A DNA stretch of 64,000 bases from Candidatus Latescibacterota bacterium (GCA_965217585.1 OZ244561.1:736001-800000), one strand, 5' to 3'. Positions 28,896 to 39,809 are shown, counted from the first letter of the stretch. Program-made: numbers and translations. The notes: generated from the letters alone by a model not told the origin.

Positions 28896-30506
28896 CTAGT
28901 ACCTAGTGTCCCCCTCCGCAACGCTCATATACGTATCAATCGGTAAGTCCGTCATCTTCTGCAGCACTCCACTCGGCCAATAAATGTGCAGCGAATCCGC
29001 CCGGCCCGCCGCGCCCAAACCAAAATGCACGCGGCGGTCGCCGCTGCCCAAGAAGCTCTCGCCGCAGAGCACGTCCCGCCGCTGCTTTTGGCCGCCGCTC
29101 CACAATACGACCTTCGCGCCGATGGCCTCGCGGTTTTTTCCCGCGCCCACAAGGCGCAAGCCGAGCCAGTGGTGATCAGCGGCCGTCTGGTTGTGCAGCA
29201 GGGAGGGCCGGCCGTTGAGATTGGTGACGAACAGATCCACGCGGCCATCGTCGTCAAAGTCTCCGGCCACTGCGCCGCGGCTGACCGCCCGATTCTCCCC
29301 CAGCTCGACGACGCGGAAATGGCCGGCGTCATTGGCAAACAAGTGATTCGCCTGCGCGTAGGTCGCGCCGCTGCCTGGGCGTTCGATCTGCGGATACACG
29401 TGTCCGTTGGCCACGAACAAGTCTTGGTCGGCGTCGTTGTCGTAATCGATAAAGACCGCGCCAAACCCCACATAGGGCAGGCTGATGCGGCCTAGGCCCG
29501 CGGCAAAGCTCACGTCCGCAAAGATGCCGGCACCGGTGTTGCGATAGAGCGTGTTGTAGTCGTCCTCGAAGTTGGTGACCAGCAAATCGCCGTCGCCGTC
29601 GTTATCGTAATCGCCCCAAGCCGCGCCCATGCCGGCCTGCGCCAAACCCGTTTCCCCCAGCGCGGCATTGGCCTGTAGCCCCACTTCGGCAAAGGTGCCA
29701 GCCCCATCGTTGCGGTAGAGGAAATTGGGCGTCGAGTCGTTGGCGACATACAGATCCAAATCCCCGTCGTCGTCGCTGTCGATGAAGAGCACGGCAAACC
29801 CATAGCCCGGGTCGTGCTGACCGAGGCCGCTGGCCGCCGTCACATCGGCAAAGGTGCCAGCGCCATCGTTGCGGTAGAGCGCGTCCGGCAACGCGGGCAA
29901 GCCCAGCGGACCGACAAATACGTCCCGGCCCTTCCACTGCGTGCCCAAGGGTCGCACCGCGGCCGAATCAAAATCCGCGTAATTGGCCACGTACAAATCC
30001 AAGTCGCCGTCCAAGTCCGCGTCGCCCATGGCCGCGCCGGTACTCCACACCGGCAGCGCCAGCCCGGCGCGGGCCGTGACATCGGCGAATTGCTCTAACC
30101 CGTCGTTGCGATAGAGGATGTTTTCTTGCAGGCAGGTGATGTACAGGTCGGCATCGCCGTCGGCATCGTAGTCCGCACTCAGCGCGCCCATGCCCCAGCC
30201 GCGACCCAAGGCCCCGGCCGCGGCCGCTCGATCGACAAAGCTCCGGCCACGGTCGTTGCGGTAGAGGGCATTGCCACCGCCTTCTCCATTGACCCAGTAG
30301 ATGTCCAAATCGCCGTCGCCATCCGCGTCAAGGAGCGCGGCCCCGCCGCCTTTGGCTTCGACGATATAGCGCTTTTCCGCGCCGCCGCCGACGTGGGACC
30401 GTTCTATGCCCCAATCGCTGGCCTTGTCGATAAAGGGAGGACCGTCAGCAGGCGCACAGGCCATCATGCACAGCGGCAACAGACCACCCCACTTCAATCG
30501 CGCCAC
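28896..30506 (-). CDS. CRTAC1-family protein (FG-GAP repeats plus ASPIC/UnbV domain), probable lipoprotein
   Basis: Repeated DxDxDGDxDLY motifs, NRLYRN-type motifs, C-terminal NREAIGAKV...RVHFGLG...IYWPSG. Confidence 0.92.
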   Translation of the reverse strand: MARLKWGGLLPLCMMACAPADGPPFIDKASDWGIERSHVGGGAEKRYIVEAKGGGAALLDADGDGDLDIYWVNGEGGGNALYRNDRGRSFVDRAAAAGALGRGWGMGALSADYDADGDADLYITCLQENILYRNDGLEQFADVTARAGLALPVWSTGAAMGDADLDGDLDLYVANYADFDSAAVRPLGTQWKGRDVFVGPLGLPALPDALYRNDGAGTFADVTAASGLGQHDPGYGFAVLFIDSDDDGDLDLYVANDSTPNFLYRNDGAGTFAEVGLQANAALGETGLAQAGMGAAWGDYDNDGDGDLLVTNFEDDYNTLYRNTGAGIFADVSFAAGLGRISLPYVGFGAVFIDYDNDADQDLFVANGHVYPQIERPGSGATYAQANHLFANDAGHFRVVELGENRAVSRGAVAGDFDDDGRVDLFVTNLNGRPSLLHNQTAADHHWLGLRLVGAGKNREAIGAKVVLWSGGQKQRRDVLCGESFLGSGDRRVHFGLGAAGRADSLHIYWPSGVLQKMTDLPIDTYMSVAEGDTRY

Positions 30507-30512
30507 AATCCT

Positions 30513-33500
30513 TCAAGACCCAGTAACCGGCGCGACCTTGGCGGGTTCTTCCTCGATCAACCGCTCCCAAAGCCCCTGCACTCCCACCAGCAGACGCATA
30601 CCCACCGGGACGCCCAGCAAAATGATGAAGGTGGCAAAGAGGATGCCAAAGCCCAGGCTGACGGCCATTGGAATCAAAAACTGTGCCTGAAGGCTTTTTT
30701 CGAGGATCATCGGCAAGAGCCCAAAGAAGGTCGTCAGGGAGGTCAGCAGGATGGGGCGGAAGCGCGCGGCCCCGGCCGAGACTAGGGCTTCCTCGTGCGA
30801 CGAGCCCTCGCGCCGCATCTGGTTGTAGAAGGTCAGCAGCACCAGCGAATCGTTGACCACCACGCCCGAGAGCGCGACGATCCCAAAGAGGCTCAAAAGC
30901 GCCAAGTCCAAGCCCATGATAAGATGCCCCCAAACCGCGCCAATGATGCCGAAGGGAATCGCGCTCATGACGACGAGGGGCTGAGTGTACGATTTGAATG
31001 GCACGGCCAGCAGCACGTAGATGGCGGCAAGAGCGATGATAAAATTGAGGCGCAGGCTCTGTAGCGAATCATCCCGCTCCTTCTGCTCGCCGCCGAAGCT
31101 GTAACGCAGACCGGGATAGTCCTGGACCAGCATGGGCAGGAAAAACGATTCGAGATCGCGGTTGATTTCGTCGGCGTTGGCGACTTGGTCATCTACGGAG
31201 CCACTCACCCGCACGACGCGCTGACCATCGGTGCGCTGGATGGAAGCATAGGCGTGGCCGATGGTGACGGTGGCCACCTCGGCAAAGGGCACCTCGGCAC
31301 CCGCAGGCGTGCGCACGCGCATCGAGCGCACATCGCCTATGTTCCGGCGCTCGTCTTTGGGGTAGCGCACCATCACCCGCACGTCGTCCGAGCCGCGCTG
31401 GAAGCGCAGCGCTTGGTCGCCGTAGAAGCCCTGGCGCACTTGGCGAGCCAGATCGGCGAGCGTGAGGCCGAGGGTGCGGGCTTGGGGCTTGAGCTGGAGT
31501 TTCATCTCCAGCTTGCCCTCCTCAAAGCTGTCTTGGATATCGCCGGTGCCGGCGTACTCGGCGATTTTGCCCTTGAGGCGATCGACGGCCAACAAGAGCT
31601 GATCGAAGTTGGCCGAGGCTAGCTCGACTTCGATGGGATTGCCGGCGGAAAACAGCGAGGAAGAATAAATGATGGATTCGGGGCCGGGCACTTCGCCGAC
31701 CCGTTGGCGCAGCCGCGACTCGATCTCAGCGCTGTCGAGCTCGCGCTCCTCGGAAGGTTGTAGCTCGATGGTAACTTCGGCGAGATGCCCTTGGCCGCTG
31801 GCACCCGGGGTAGCCGAAAAGGAGGAACGCCGGGCCATAGGTTGGTCGCCGATATAGGTAAAGACATTGCGGTAGATTGAATCCCCGCCCTCGCGCTCGG
31901 CGTCGATCTGATCGCGCAAGACGAGGGCCTTTTCTTCGATGTGTCGCACGACTTTGGCGGTCTGGGTCGCCGTGGTGCCCTGGGGCATGTTGATTGATAT
32001 CGTCACCCAATCGGAGCCGATCTCGGGCATGAACACGAACTTGATATGGCCACCGGTGACCAGCCCGGCGGTACACAGCATCAGTGATAAAGCTAAGGCG
32101 GTAGTGGAGATCGGATGAGCCAGGGCCAAGCGCAGCGTGGGTTGATAGGCGTGGCGGATCACGTACTTGAGGCCGCGGTCAAAGACGACGACGACCCGGG
32201 CGTGCCAATCGAGCGGGCGCATGAAAATCCGGCGGAAGAGGCGGCTGAGTGGCCCGTGTCCCTCAGAAGACAGGTGCGCTGGCAGAATGAATAGGCTCTC
32301 GATCAGCGACAGCAGCAGCACGGAGATGACGATCACGGGGATGACCGACATGAACTTACCCATCATGCCCTCGACGAAAAACAGCGGCATAAAGGCCGCA
32401 ATCGAGGTCATAATCGAGAACACGACCGGCGTACCGACTTCGAGCGCCCCGTCAATGGCGGCGCGACCAAAGGGTTTCCCCTGCACGCGATGGGAAAAGA
32501 TGTTTTCGCCGACGATAATCGCGTCGTCAACCACAATGCCCAAGGCCACGATAAAGGCAAATAGCGACAGCATGTTGATCGAGGCGTCGAAAGGCTCCAT
32601 CAGCACGAAGGCCCCCAAAAAGCTGATGGGAATGCCCATCATCACCCAGAAGGCCAAGCGGAGGTCGAGGAAGAAGCTCAGACAGATAAAGACCAGCACC
32701 AGACCAAGGCGGGCGTTGCGGACCAGCAAATCTATGCGGCTGCGCAGGATGCGCGCGTCGTCGCGCGCATAGCCGATGTGGATCCCCGCCGGCAGGGTCG
32801 GGCGTTTGTCCTCGATGTACTGGTGGACATAGGCGGAGATGTCGAGGGCGTTCTGGTCGCCAATGCGAAAGACCTGCACCACGGCCGCTGGCTGGCCGTT
32901 GAAGCGCGAGATGAGATCGGTATCCTCAAAGCCATCGACGACGGTGGCCACGTCTTTGAGCTTGAGGGCGGTGCCGTCGGGGCGGGTGAGGACGACGACC
33001 TCTTCGTATTCGCGGCCGGCGCGCATCAGCCCCTGCGTGCGGAGCAAGATCGCGCCGTCCTCGCTCTCGACGCTGCCGGCGGGCAGGTCGATGCTAGTGC
33101 GGCGGACGGCATCGGCGACCTGCGCGAAGGTCAGACCGTAGCGGCGCAGGGCCTCTTCGGAGACTTCGACGGCAATCTCATCGACGCGCACGCCCTTGAG
33201 CTCGACCTGCGAAATGACGCCGCTGCTGCGCAGGTCGTCGCGCACTAGTTCGGCGGCTACTTTGAGGGCCTTCTCCTCCACATCGCCGTAGAGCACCACA
33301 TCGATGGCTTGATTGCGGCGAGTCAGCTCCTTGATGACCGGCTCTTCGATCTCGGCCGGGAAGGTGTCGATGCGGTCGATCTCGTTTTTGATGTCGTCGA
33401 GGAGTTTGTCCATATCGGCACCGCGCTCTAGCTCGATGCTGACTGCGCCCATGCCTTCAGAAGCTGTGGAGCGCACGCGGCGCACCCCCTCTAGGCCGCG

Positions 33501-33716
33501 CACCCGCTCCTCGATGCGCTTGCAGACGGCGTCTTCGACCTCGGCCGGGGTCGCGCCCAGATAGGGCACTTGGATTTGCACTTGGTCGAGCGACATCTCG
33601 GGGAAAGTCTCTTTCTTGGTCTGCATCATGGCAAACAGGCCGCTCAATATGATGAAACCCATCAGCAAATTGGCGGCGACGTGATTTTTCGCCATCCAAG
33701 ATACGGGTGCTTTCAC
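30513..33716 (-). CDS. RND efflux transporter permease (AcrB/AcrD/AcrF family)
   Basis: 1067 aa, GIVVDDAIIVGEN, SGVVVNDS, RFRPILLTSLTT. Confidence 0.96.
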   Translation of the reverse strand: MKAPVSWMAKNHVAANLLMGFIILSGLFAMMQTKKETFPEMSLDQVQIQVPYLGATPAEVEDAVCKRIEERVRGLEGVRRVRSTASEGMGAVSIELERGADMDKLLDDIKNEIDRIDTFPAEIEEPVIKELTRRNQAIDVVLYGDVEEKALKVAAELVRDDLRSSGVISQVELKGVRVDEIAVEVSEEALRRYGLTFAQVADAVRRTSIDLPAGSVESEDGAILLRTQGLMRAGREYEEVVVLTRPDGTALKLKDVATVVDGFEDTDLISRFNGQPAAVVQVFRIGDQNALDISAYVHQYIEDKRPTLPAGIHIGYARDDARILRSRIDLLVRNARLGLVLVFICLSFFLDLRLAFWVMMGIPISFLGAFVLMEPFDASINMLSLFAFIVALGIVVDDAIIVGENIFSHRVQGKPFGRAAIDGALEVGTPVVFSIMTSIAAFMPLFFVEGMMGKFMSVIPVIVISVLLLSLIESLFILPAHLSSEGHGPLSRLFRRIFMRPLDWHARVVVVFDRGLKYVIRHAYQPTLRLALAHPISTTALALSLMLCTAGLVTGGHIKFVFMPEIGSDWVTISINMPQGTTATQTAKVVRHIEEKALVLRDQIDAEREGGDSIYRNVFTYIGDQPMARRSSFSATPGASGQGHLAEVTIELQPSEERELDSAEIESRLRQRVGEVPGPESIIYSSSLFSAGNPIEVELASANFDQLLLAVDRLKGKIAEYAGTGDIQDSFEEGKLEMKLQLKPQARTLGLTLADLARQVRQGFYGDQALRFQRGSDDVRVMVRYPKDERRNIGDVRSMRVRTPAGAEVPFAEVATVTIGHAYASIQRTDGQRVVRVSGSVDDQVANADEINRDLESFFLPMLVQDYPGLRYSFGGEQKERDDSLQSLRLNFIIALAAIYVLLAVPFKSYTQPLVVMSAIPFGIIGAVWGHLIMGLDLALLSLFGIVALSGVVVNDSLVLLTFYNQMRREGSSHEEALVSAGAARFRPILLTSLTTFFGLLPMILEKSLQAQFLIPMAVSLGFGILFATFIILLGVPVGMRLLVGVQGLWERLIEEEPAKVAPVTGS

Positions 33717-34963
33717 TGTTGACCTCCTAAGCTCCCGTCCGCGAGGCGCACCTGCATACCGTCAGTAACACCGCTGAGCTGAGAGACGATAATCCGCTCT
33801 TCGGGGGTCATGTCGATATAGGCGAGTACCTCATCCTGGAGTGCGCGCACCACTTGCACTGGGCGGATGCTAAGGATGCCGTCACGGCCCACCGTCCACA
33901 CGCGATCGCCTTGGCGCAGCGCGACGCGGGGCAGGACGCGGACGCCATCGACGGTGCGGCCAGCGATGGCCACATCGACAAACATCCCCACCGTCAGCGG
34001 CGGGATCCCGGCGGCAATGCCGCCGTAGGGCGCTTCGACCTCGACGACTAAGCGGACCATGCGGCTTTGCGGGTCGAGCTCGCCCTCGGTGCGAACTAAG
34101 CGCCCGCTCCACTGATGCTGGCGGCCGGCAAAGGTCCCGCTGACCTCGGCGCTGGCCCCCTCTCGACTAAAAGCAAAGGCGCGGGGGCCGCCCTCGGCGT
34201 TGCGATCGGCAACGGACCCGGTGCCCGGTGCGCTGGCCGCCGCAATGTCGATGGGCATCGGCAGGGTGAACCACCCGAGGTCTTCGTCGGGAACCGGGAC
34301 GACGATCTCGGCCTTTTCAATGCTGTATATCTGGGCGATGGCTTGGCCGACGTTGAGGTGCTGGCCGACATCGACGCGAGCGGTGCGCACCCGGCCGGCA
34401 AACGGGGCGTACACTTTGGTGCGGTCGAGGCGCAGCTGCGCTTCGGCGAGGCGCGCTTCAGCTCCTTGGAGGCTGGCCTCGGCAGCGCGTAGCTGGGGTT
34501 TGCGCAGCACCAAGTCGGTGGGAGCTTGGTCTTCGGCGTGGAGCTTTTCCCACTCCTCCTCGGCGATGGCGGCTTCCTCCCGGGCCAAGTCGAGTTGGTA
34601 GCGCGCCTGCGCCACTTGGACGGCGGCCTGTTGGACGGTGAGTTCGTAGTCGCGTGGATCAATCCGAAAGAGCAGCGCGCCTTTGGCAAAGGTCCCTCCG
34701 GGTTCGAAGTCTGAGTCCTTCCACACCACAATACCCGAGACCTGCGGCACGAGGTCGATCTGGGCGTCGGGGCGCACCGTGCCCTGCCCCTCAACTACGA
34801 CCTGGACCTGTTGGAGCGGGGCGGCGATGGCTTCGACGAGCGGGCCGGCATAGGAGCGGGCGACGCGCTGCGGCGGCTCGCGCATCGAGGCCAGCAGTTG
34901 GAAGGCCCCAAAGCCGAGGGCGAGGATGAGGACCGGCAAGACTATTTTGAAGACGCGCATCAT
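33713..34963 (-). CDS. RND membrane fusion (periplasmic adaptor) protein
   Basis: N-terminal TM, PQVSG lipoyl half-motif, helical hairpin, RTKVYAPFAGRV. Confidence 0.93.
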   Translation of the reverse strand: MMRVFKIVLPVLILALGFGAFQLLASMREPPQRVARSYAGPLVEAIAAPLQQVQVVVEGQGTVRPDAQIDLVPQVSGIVVWKDSDFEPGGTFAKGALLFRIDPRDYELTVQQAAVQVAQARYQLDLAREEAAIAEEEWEKLHAEDQAPTDLVLRKPQLRAAEASLQGAEARLAEAQLRLDRTKVYAPFAGRVRTARVDVGQHLNVGQAIAQIYSIEKAEIVVPVPDEDLGWFTLPMPIDIAAASAPGTGSVADRNAEGGPRAFAFSREGASAEVSGTFAGRQHQWSGRLVRTEGELDPQSRMVRLVVEVEAPYGGIAAGIPPLTVGMFVDVAIAGRTVDGVRVLPRVALRQGDRVWTVGRDGILSIRPVQVVRALQDEVLAYIDMTPEERIIVSQLSGVTDGMQVRLADGSLGGQQ

Positions 34964-36378
34964 TGCTGAATCTCCGCGTGCTGAGAGGCGAGGGTAAAGC
35001 CGCCACCAAGAGCTAGGTGTAAGTCGATGCGTGTATCGAGGCGCTGGCGACGGACGGCGAGTAGGCGGCTCTCGGCGTCAAAGGCCCGGCGCTGAGACTC
35101 TAGCAGGGCGATGAGATCGGCAAGCCCTCTGGCGTAGCGATCTTCGGCTAAGGCGCGCGCTGCTACGGCTTCTGCCGCGGCCGTGGCTAATGCTCGTTCT
35201 TGGTCGGCGAGGAAGCCTTCGGCGTTCAGCGCCCCCTCCACCTCGCCGTATGCTCTAAGTGCGCTCTGGGCGTAGGCAAAGAGCGCTTGCTCGGCCGCGG
35301 AAGCGGCCTGATCAACGCCAGCGCGCAGGCGCCCACCTTGCAGCAGGGGCTGCGCGATATTGCCCACGAGATTCCAGACCGAAAAATCGCCGTCGAGCAA
35401 GTCGCTCAACGCGCTCGACGAGCGGCCCGTAGAGGCCGTGAGGCTAATGCGGGGCAACAGGGCGCGCCGGGCTTGGGCCAGCCGGCGGTCGGCCGCGGCG
35501 AGGCGGCGCTCAGCGGCCACGAGGTCGGGCCGTCGGCTCACGAGCTGGGCGGGCAGGCCGGCTGGAACCGGGCCGCCGACAGCGGGCAGCTCGCCCCCGA
35601 CCTCAATCCGGGCGCTGGGATAGCGGCCCAAGATCAATTCGAGCTGGCGCAGCGCGGCATCCCTTTGCTGGCGGCGTTGGGCGAGGGTTGCTTCGGCCGC
35701 GGCCAAGCTCGACCGGCCCAAGCGCACGTCGAGCGACGAGCGCAAGCCGCGGCGATAGCGATCCTCTATCTGTTCGGTGGAGAGCCGGTAGTTTGCAACG
35801 GTCGCGCGCGCCAGCTCAACTTGGTGACCCGCCTCGACCGCAGCGAAATAGACCCGCGCCGTCTGCGCTGCCAGCGACAGGCGCGCCGCGCGGAAATCAG
35901 CGGCTGCGGCACCGGCGTCGGCCAGCCCGGCTTGGGCACCGGCGCGCAAGCGACCCCAGAGGTCGGCTTCCCAACTCGCCGTCAGATCGACGCCAAAGGA
36001 CGTGCTCTTAGAGGTCAAGACCTGATCCGGGTCTCGCCCGGGGATGGGCAGGCCGACGAAATTCTGTTTGCGCCGCGAGCCATTGGCATTGCCGCCGAGT
36101 TGGGGCCAGAGCGGCGCGCCAGCCACCCGAGCCTGGGCTTGGGCTTGGGCAAGACGCGCACCAGCGATCTTGAGGTCGTAGTTGTGCGCCAAGGCCAACG
36201 CCACGAGACTGTCGAGGCGCGCGGCTCCCATATCGCGCCACCAGTGGTCGGCGACTGGATCCTCTGACACTCCAGCCGTCCATTGGTCCGGCTGGGCCAA
36301 ATCGAGGGCCGGATATTCGACTTTAGGGGCGGAAGCACAGGCGAGCAGAAACAGCACCGGGAGGCACAACGGCCTCAT
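34960..36378 (-). CDS. Outer-membrane efflux lipoprotein (NodT/OprM/TolC family)
   Basis: Lipobox LLAC, WEADLWGRLR, LVSRRPDLVAAE, LHLALGGG; ATG at 36378. Confidence 0.93.
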   Translation of the reverse strand: MRPLCLPVLFLLACASAPKVEYPALDLAQPDQWTAGVSEDPVADHWWRDMGAARLDSLVALALAHNYDLKIAGARLAQAQAQARVAGAPLWPQLGGNANGSRRKQNFVGLPIPGRDPDQVLTSKSTSFGVDLTASWEADLWGRLRAGAQAGLADAGAAAADFRAARLSLAAQTARVYFAAVEAGHQVELARATVANYRLSTEQIEDRYRRGLRSSLDVRLGRSSLAAAEATLAQRRQQRDAALRQLELILGRYPSARIEVGGELPAVGGPVPAGLPAQLVSRRPDLVAAERRLAAADRRLAQARRALLPRISLTASTGRSSSALSDLLDGDFSVWNLVGNIAQPLLQGGRLRAGVDQAASAAEQALFAYAQSALRAYGEVEGALNAEGFLADQERALATAAAEAVAARALAEDRYARGLADLIALLESQRRAFDAESRLLAVRRQRLDTRIDLHLALGGGFTLASQHAEIQQ

Positions 36379-37241
36379 GGCAATTTTCCAGGGGAAGCAG
36401 CAAAGTCCGCGTACAGGGCTTCTAACTGTGCGGGGCCGGGATCTTGGTCTAAGACGAAGAAAGCGTAGTGCAGTTCCAAGCACTCGCCGGCTGTCAGCTC
36501 TAAATCGCCTTCCATCAGTAGACCCGTGCCCAGCAAGTTGGCGCGGGTAAACCAAGTGACCGGGTGGCGCGGGTTGGCCGGGTGATCCATGAGCGCGACA
36601 AAGCCGCCGCTTTCCCCGCGCGCCCCGACCCAACGGGCGCGCTGCCCCATGATGTCCGCGTGCCCGCGGCGTCCCTCGCTGCAATAGTGGTCAGCCTCGG
36701 CAAAGGGAGGCCCCATGCGCAGTACCAATCCCGAGTAGCGCGCCGCCCGCGAGGCTCCCATCACCAACCGGTCACCGGCTGGCTCGATGCGCGTGGATAT
36801 CCGCAAGCAGTAGCCGCCCTCAGTGCTATAAAAGCCAAAAGAGCGCGACTCCCGCGCCATGAGTTGGTCGCGGCCGTCGAGCCAAGAAAGCGACTCAGTC
36901 ACACAGGCCGCGTCCAAGGCCGTGAAGCGATCGTGCCGCTGCACGCCGTGGCTGTCGTCGACGTGTTCGTATTTCTTTGTTTCCGGCAAATACCAACGCC
37001 CGCCCCACAAGTTCGCGTCGTTGACGTGGACCCAGCCGAAGAACAGCCCGGTGTGCCAAGCGTGGTCGGGCGGGCGGTACTCGGTCACGAGTTGACCAGA
37101 AAGCGTGTACAGCGGCGCGAAGCAGGGCTTGGGGGATTCGCTGCGGGGCAGCTCCTCGGTGGCGCGGTACAGGGCGAGCAGCCGGTTGGCCGCGTGGATT
37201 TCAACGCCGAGGGCGTTTTCTCGCAAATCAAAAGCACTCAT
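36375..37241 (-). CDS. DUF6807 / 'PmoA-family' sugar-binding-like protein
   Basis: KPCFAPLYT.SG..VT...PPDHAWHTGLFFG, YSGLVLRM, MDHPANPRHPV.W. Confidence 0.75.
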   Translation of the reverse strand: MSAFDLRENALGVEIHAANRLLALYRATEELPRSESPKPCFAPLYTLSGQLVTEYRPPDHAWHTGLFFGWVHVNDANLWGGRWYLPETKKYEHVDDSHGVQRHDRFTALDAACVTESLSWLDGRDQLMARESRSFGFYSTEGGYCLRISTRIEPAGDRLVMGASRAARYSGLVLRMGPPFAEADHYCSEGRRGHADIMGQRARWVGARGESGGFVALMDHPANPRHPVTWFTRANLLGTGLLMEGDLELTAGECLELHYAFFVLDQDPGPAQLEALYADFAASPGKLP

Positions 37242-37243
37242 AG

Positions 37244-38179
37244 TTATTTCTCCAATTCTCGTTTGAACCATGCAATCGTCCGGCCCAGGCCTTCGTCCGA
37301 CCCCACGCGGGGCGTCCAGTCGAGCAGGGAGCGGGCCTTGTCAATGTCGGGCAGACGCACCCGGGGGTCGTCCTGCGGCAGCTCGCGGAAGGCAATGCGG
37401 CTCTTGGACTCAGTCATGGCAATGATTTTGTGGGCTAGGTCCAGCATGGTGATTTCACTGGGATTGCCGAGGTTGACCGGAGTGGTCACGTCGGACAGCA
37501 TGAGCTTGTAGAGGCCGGCGATCAAATCGCTGTAATGGCAGATGCTGCGCGTTTGCTGGCCGTCGCCATAGACGGTCAGATCGCGGCCCTTGAGGGCTTG
37601 GATGATGAAGTTGGGCACGGCCCGACCGTCGTCTTGGCGCATGCGTTCGCCATACGTATTGAATATGCGCGCAATGCGCACGTCCGTGCCGTGCATGCGG
37701 TGGTACGCCATGGTCATGGCCTCGGCAAAGCGCTTGGCCTCGTCGTACACGCCGCGGATGCCAATGGGGTTGACGTTGCCGAGGTACTCCTCGGACTGGG
37801 GATGCACCAAGGGGTCGCCATAGACTTCCGACGTGGAGGCCAGCAGGAACTTGGCCTGCTTGGCCACGGCCAGCCCCAAGGTCTTGTGCGTCCCCAATGC
37901 GCCGACCTTGAGGATGTTGATGCCCAACCGCTCGAAGTCGGCCGGGCTAGCTGGGCTGGCGAGGTGCAGGATGAAGTCGAGCGGACCGTCTACGTGGATG
38001 TAGTTGGTGACATCGTATTGGATAAACTGGAATCGCGGATGGCCGAGCAGATGGGCGATGTTCTCGGGCCGGCCCGTGAGGAAGTTGTCCATGCAGATGA
38101 TTTCGCAGTCTTTTTCCAGCAGCAGGTCGCTGAGGTGCGACCCCAAGAAACCCGCGCCGCCGGTGATCAGCACGCGCAT
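37244..38179 (-). CDS. UDP-glucuronate decarboxylase / NAD-dependent epimerase
   Basis: [51 protein letters not shown]. Confidence 0.93.
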   Translation of the reverse strand: MRVLITGGAGFLGSHLSDLLLEKDCEIICMDNFLTGRPENIAHLLGHPRFQFIQYDVTNYIHVDGPLDFILHLASPASPADFERLGINILKVGALGTHKTLGLAVAKQAKFLLASTSEVYGDPLVHPQSEEYLGNVNPIGIRGVYDEAKRFAEAMTMAYHRMHGTDVRIARIFNTYGERMRQDDGRAVPNFIIQALKGRDLTVYGDGQQTRSICHYSDLIAGLYKLMLSDVTTPVNLGNPSEITMLDLAHKIIAMTESKSRIAFRELPQDDPRVRLPDIDKARSLLDWTPRVGSDEGLGRTIAWFKRELEK

Positions 38180-38378
38180 TATGTAGGCTCCTTTCGCTAC
38201 TGGTGGTCCGGCAATTCGCCGCTCGCTTTACTCCTAAGTTAAGCAACATAAAAATGTATTGCCGTCTTGAGGAATTTTCAACCTCGACCCGGGAATGCTG
38301 GCCTTAGAAAGCTGGAAGACCAGTGCATTTTGAACTATATTTATGATTTATTATGAACCATAAATGTGAGGTAAAGAT

Positions 38379-38618
38379 ATGGAATCTCTGACTATCCACA
38401 TGGACGATGCCTTGGCCCAACTCATACGCAAGAAAGCCACCGCCGAGGGAAAAAGCCTAAACAAGACTATAAACGGTGTGCTGAAGGAGGCCTTGGGGCT
38501 ACAGCCGACCGATCACCGAGCGGACTTTTTGGATCAGTGCGGCGTGTGGAGCACCGAGGAACGGACTGCATTCGACGCCTTGACTCGCCGCCAAGTAGAT
38601 CCTGAGGACTGGCAGTGA
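38379..38618 (+). CDS. Antitoxin (ribbon-helix-helix, FitA/VapB-like)
   Basis: LTIHMDDAL...IRKKA..EGKSLN, acidic tail; stop overlaps the PIN toxin start (GTGA). Confidence 0.85.
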   Translation: MESLTIHMDDALAQLIRKKATAEGKSLNKTINGVLKEALGLQPTDHRADFLDQCGVWSTEERTAFDALTRRQVDPEDWQ

Positions 38619-39004
38619 AGGCCCTGTTGGATACCAATGCGTTAAGTGCCCTGTGGAGCGGCGACGAACGCGTACTCGAGGCCTTGGGTGAGGCAGAGGG
38701 CGTATTTATGTCCATCATCGTGCTCGGCGAATTATTCGCCGGTTTTCGCGGGGGGACGCGGCTGAAAGAGAATCGCGCCCGTTTGGCTGGGTTTTTAGCC
38801 AAACCCACCGTGCGCACGCTCGAATTGTCCACCGAGACGGCCGAGGTTTATGGTCAGATCAAGGATGTACTGAAAAGAGCCGGTACGCCTGTACCTATTA
38901 ACGATGTCTGGCTATCGGCTCAAGCCATTGAAACCGGCTCGGTCCTAATCACTTTTGACAACCACTTTAGCAACGTGCCAGGGGTCCGCCTGTGGGACCC
39001 CTAA
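38615..39004 (+). CDS. vapC: VapC PIN toxin
   Basis: LLDTNAL, IVLGELFAGF, PINDVWLSA, ITFDNHF. Confidence 0.92.
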   Translation: MKALLDTNALSALWSGDERVLEALGEAEGVFMSIIVLGELFAGFRGGTRLKENRARLAGFLAKPTVRTLELSTETAEVYGQIKDVLKRAGTPVPINDVWLSAQAIETGSVLITFDNHFSNVPGVRLWDP

Positions 39005-39047
39005 CCTCTCAGCGTTCTTCCAAGTTGAGCCTCGGTCACGCCTAACC

Positions 39048-39809
39048 CTAAGAAGTCTCCAGCCCCATGTTCTGGTGCTGGCTTTGCAGGGACTCTTGGT
39101 ATCTCCGCCGACCTGCCTCATCCACCTTGCAACTGATGCCTTCGAAGACCATGGCAAAAGCGCGGCGGTGGCGCTGCGACGAGCGATTGGGGTCGGCCCG
39201 GTGGATGACTTCGCCGTGGTGGACTACCGCGTCGCCGGGCTGCAAATGCACCGCGATTTCGTTGGCTTGGTCTTGGGGGCCGTAACCGGCAATGCCCTGC
39301 GAAAAACCCAGCACCGAGGTGCGGTTGTGCGGTCGGATGCCCTTGCGGTGCGAGCCGGGGCTGTAGCGCAGGCAGCCGTTCTCCTCGTCAACCGGGTCGA
39401 GGGCCAGCCAAATGGAGGCGACGTTGGGCGGCGTGAGGTTGAAGTAGAAATTGTCCTGATGCGGCGGCGTAGGGTGTTCGGTCTGCGGCGGCTTGTTGAA
39501 CCACTCGGGCTGGCTCACCTCTGCGGCTTCGCCGATGAGGGTTTGGGATAGGGCCTTCCAGCGCGGCTGGTCGCGGTACTCGGAGAAGAAGGCGTCGTAG
39601 TTGCCCATGCGCTGTAGTTGTTTCAGGGTTTCGGGCCGGTCCTTGTCTTGGTAGAAAGCGGCCTGATCGGGCAGGGTTGGCACCACTTCGCGGATGTAGC
39701 GGGCGACTTGGGCCGTTAGGTCTTTGAGTTCGTCGGGGGGCAGGAAGTTGCGCACGAGGACGAAGCCGTCGCGGTCGTAATCAACTTTATAGGAAGTGTA
39801 GTCGGACAT
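39048..39809 (-). CDS. Phytanoyl-CoA dioxygenase (PhyH) family Fe/2OG oxygenase
   Basis: YDRDGF, KPP..HPTPPHQD, WLALDPVDEENGCL...PGSH, PGDAVVHH..VIHRA..N.S...RRA. Confidence 0.93.
   Translation of the reverse strand: MSDYTSYKVDYDRDGFVLVRNFLPPDELKDLTAQVARYIREVVPTLPDQAAFYQDKDRPETLKQLQRMGNYDAFFSEYRDQPRWKALSQTLIGEAAEVSQPEWFNKPPQTEHPTPPHQDNFYFNLTPPNVASIWLALDPVDEENGCLRYSPGSHRKGIRPHNRTSVLGFSQGIAGYGPQDQANEIAVHLQPGDAVVHHGEVIHRADPNRSSQRHRRAFAMVFEGISCKVDEAGRRRYQESLQSQHQNMGLETS

Noticed and set aside
36375-37241. Particulate methane monooxygenase (from the 'PmoA family' label)
   Set aside because: Soluble-looking DUF6807-type protein with no multi-TM PmoA topology and no pmoC/pmoB neighbours.
38339-38365. 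Operator palindrome upstream of vapBC (ATTTATG..CATAAAT)
   Set aside because: Plausible, but short and in AT-rich DNA; too weak to call as a feature.
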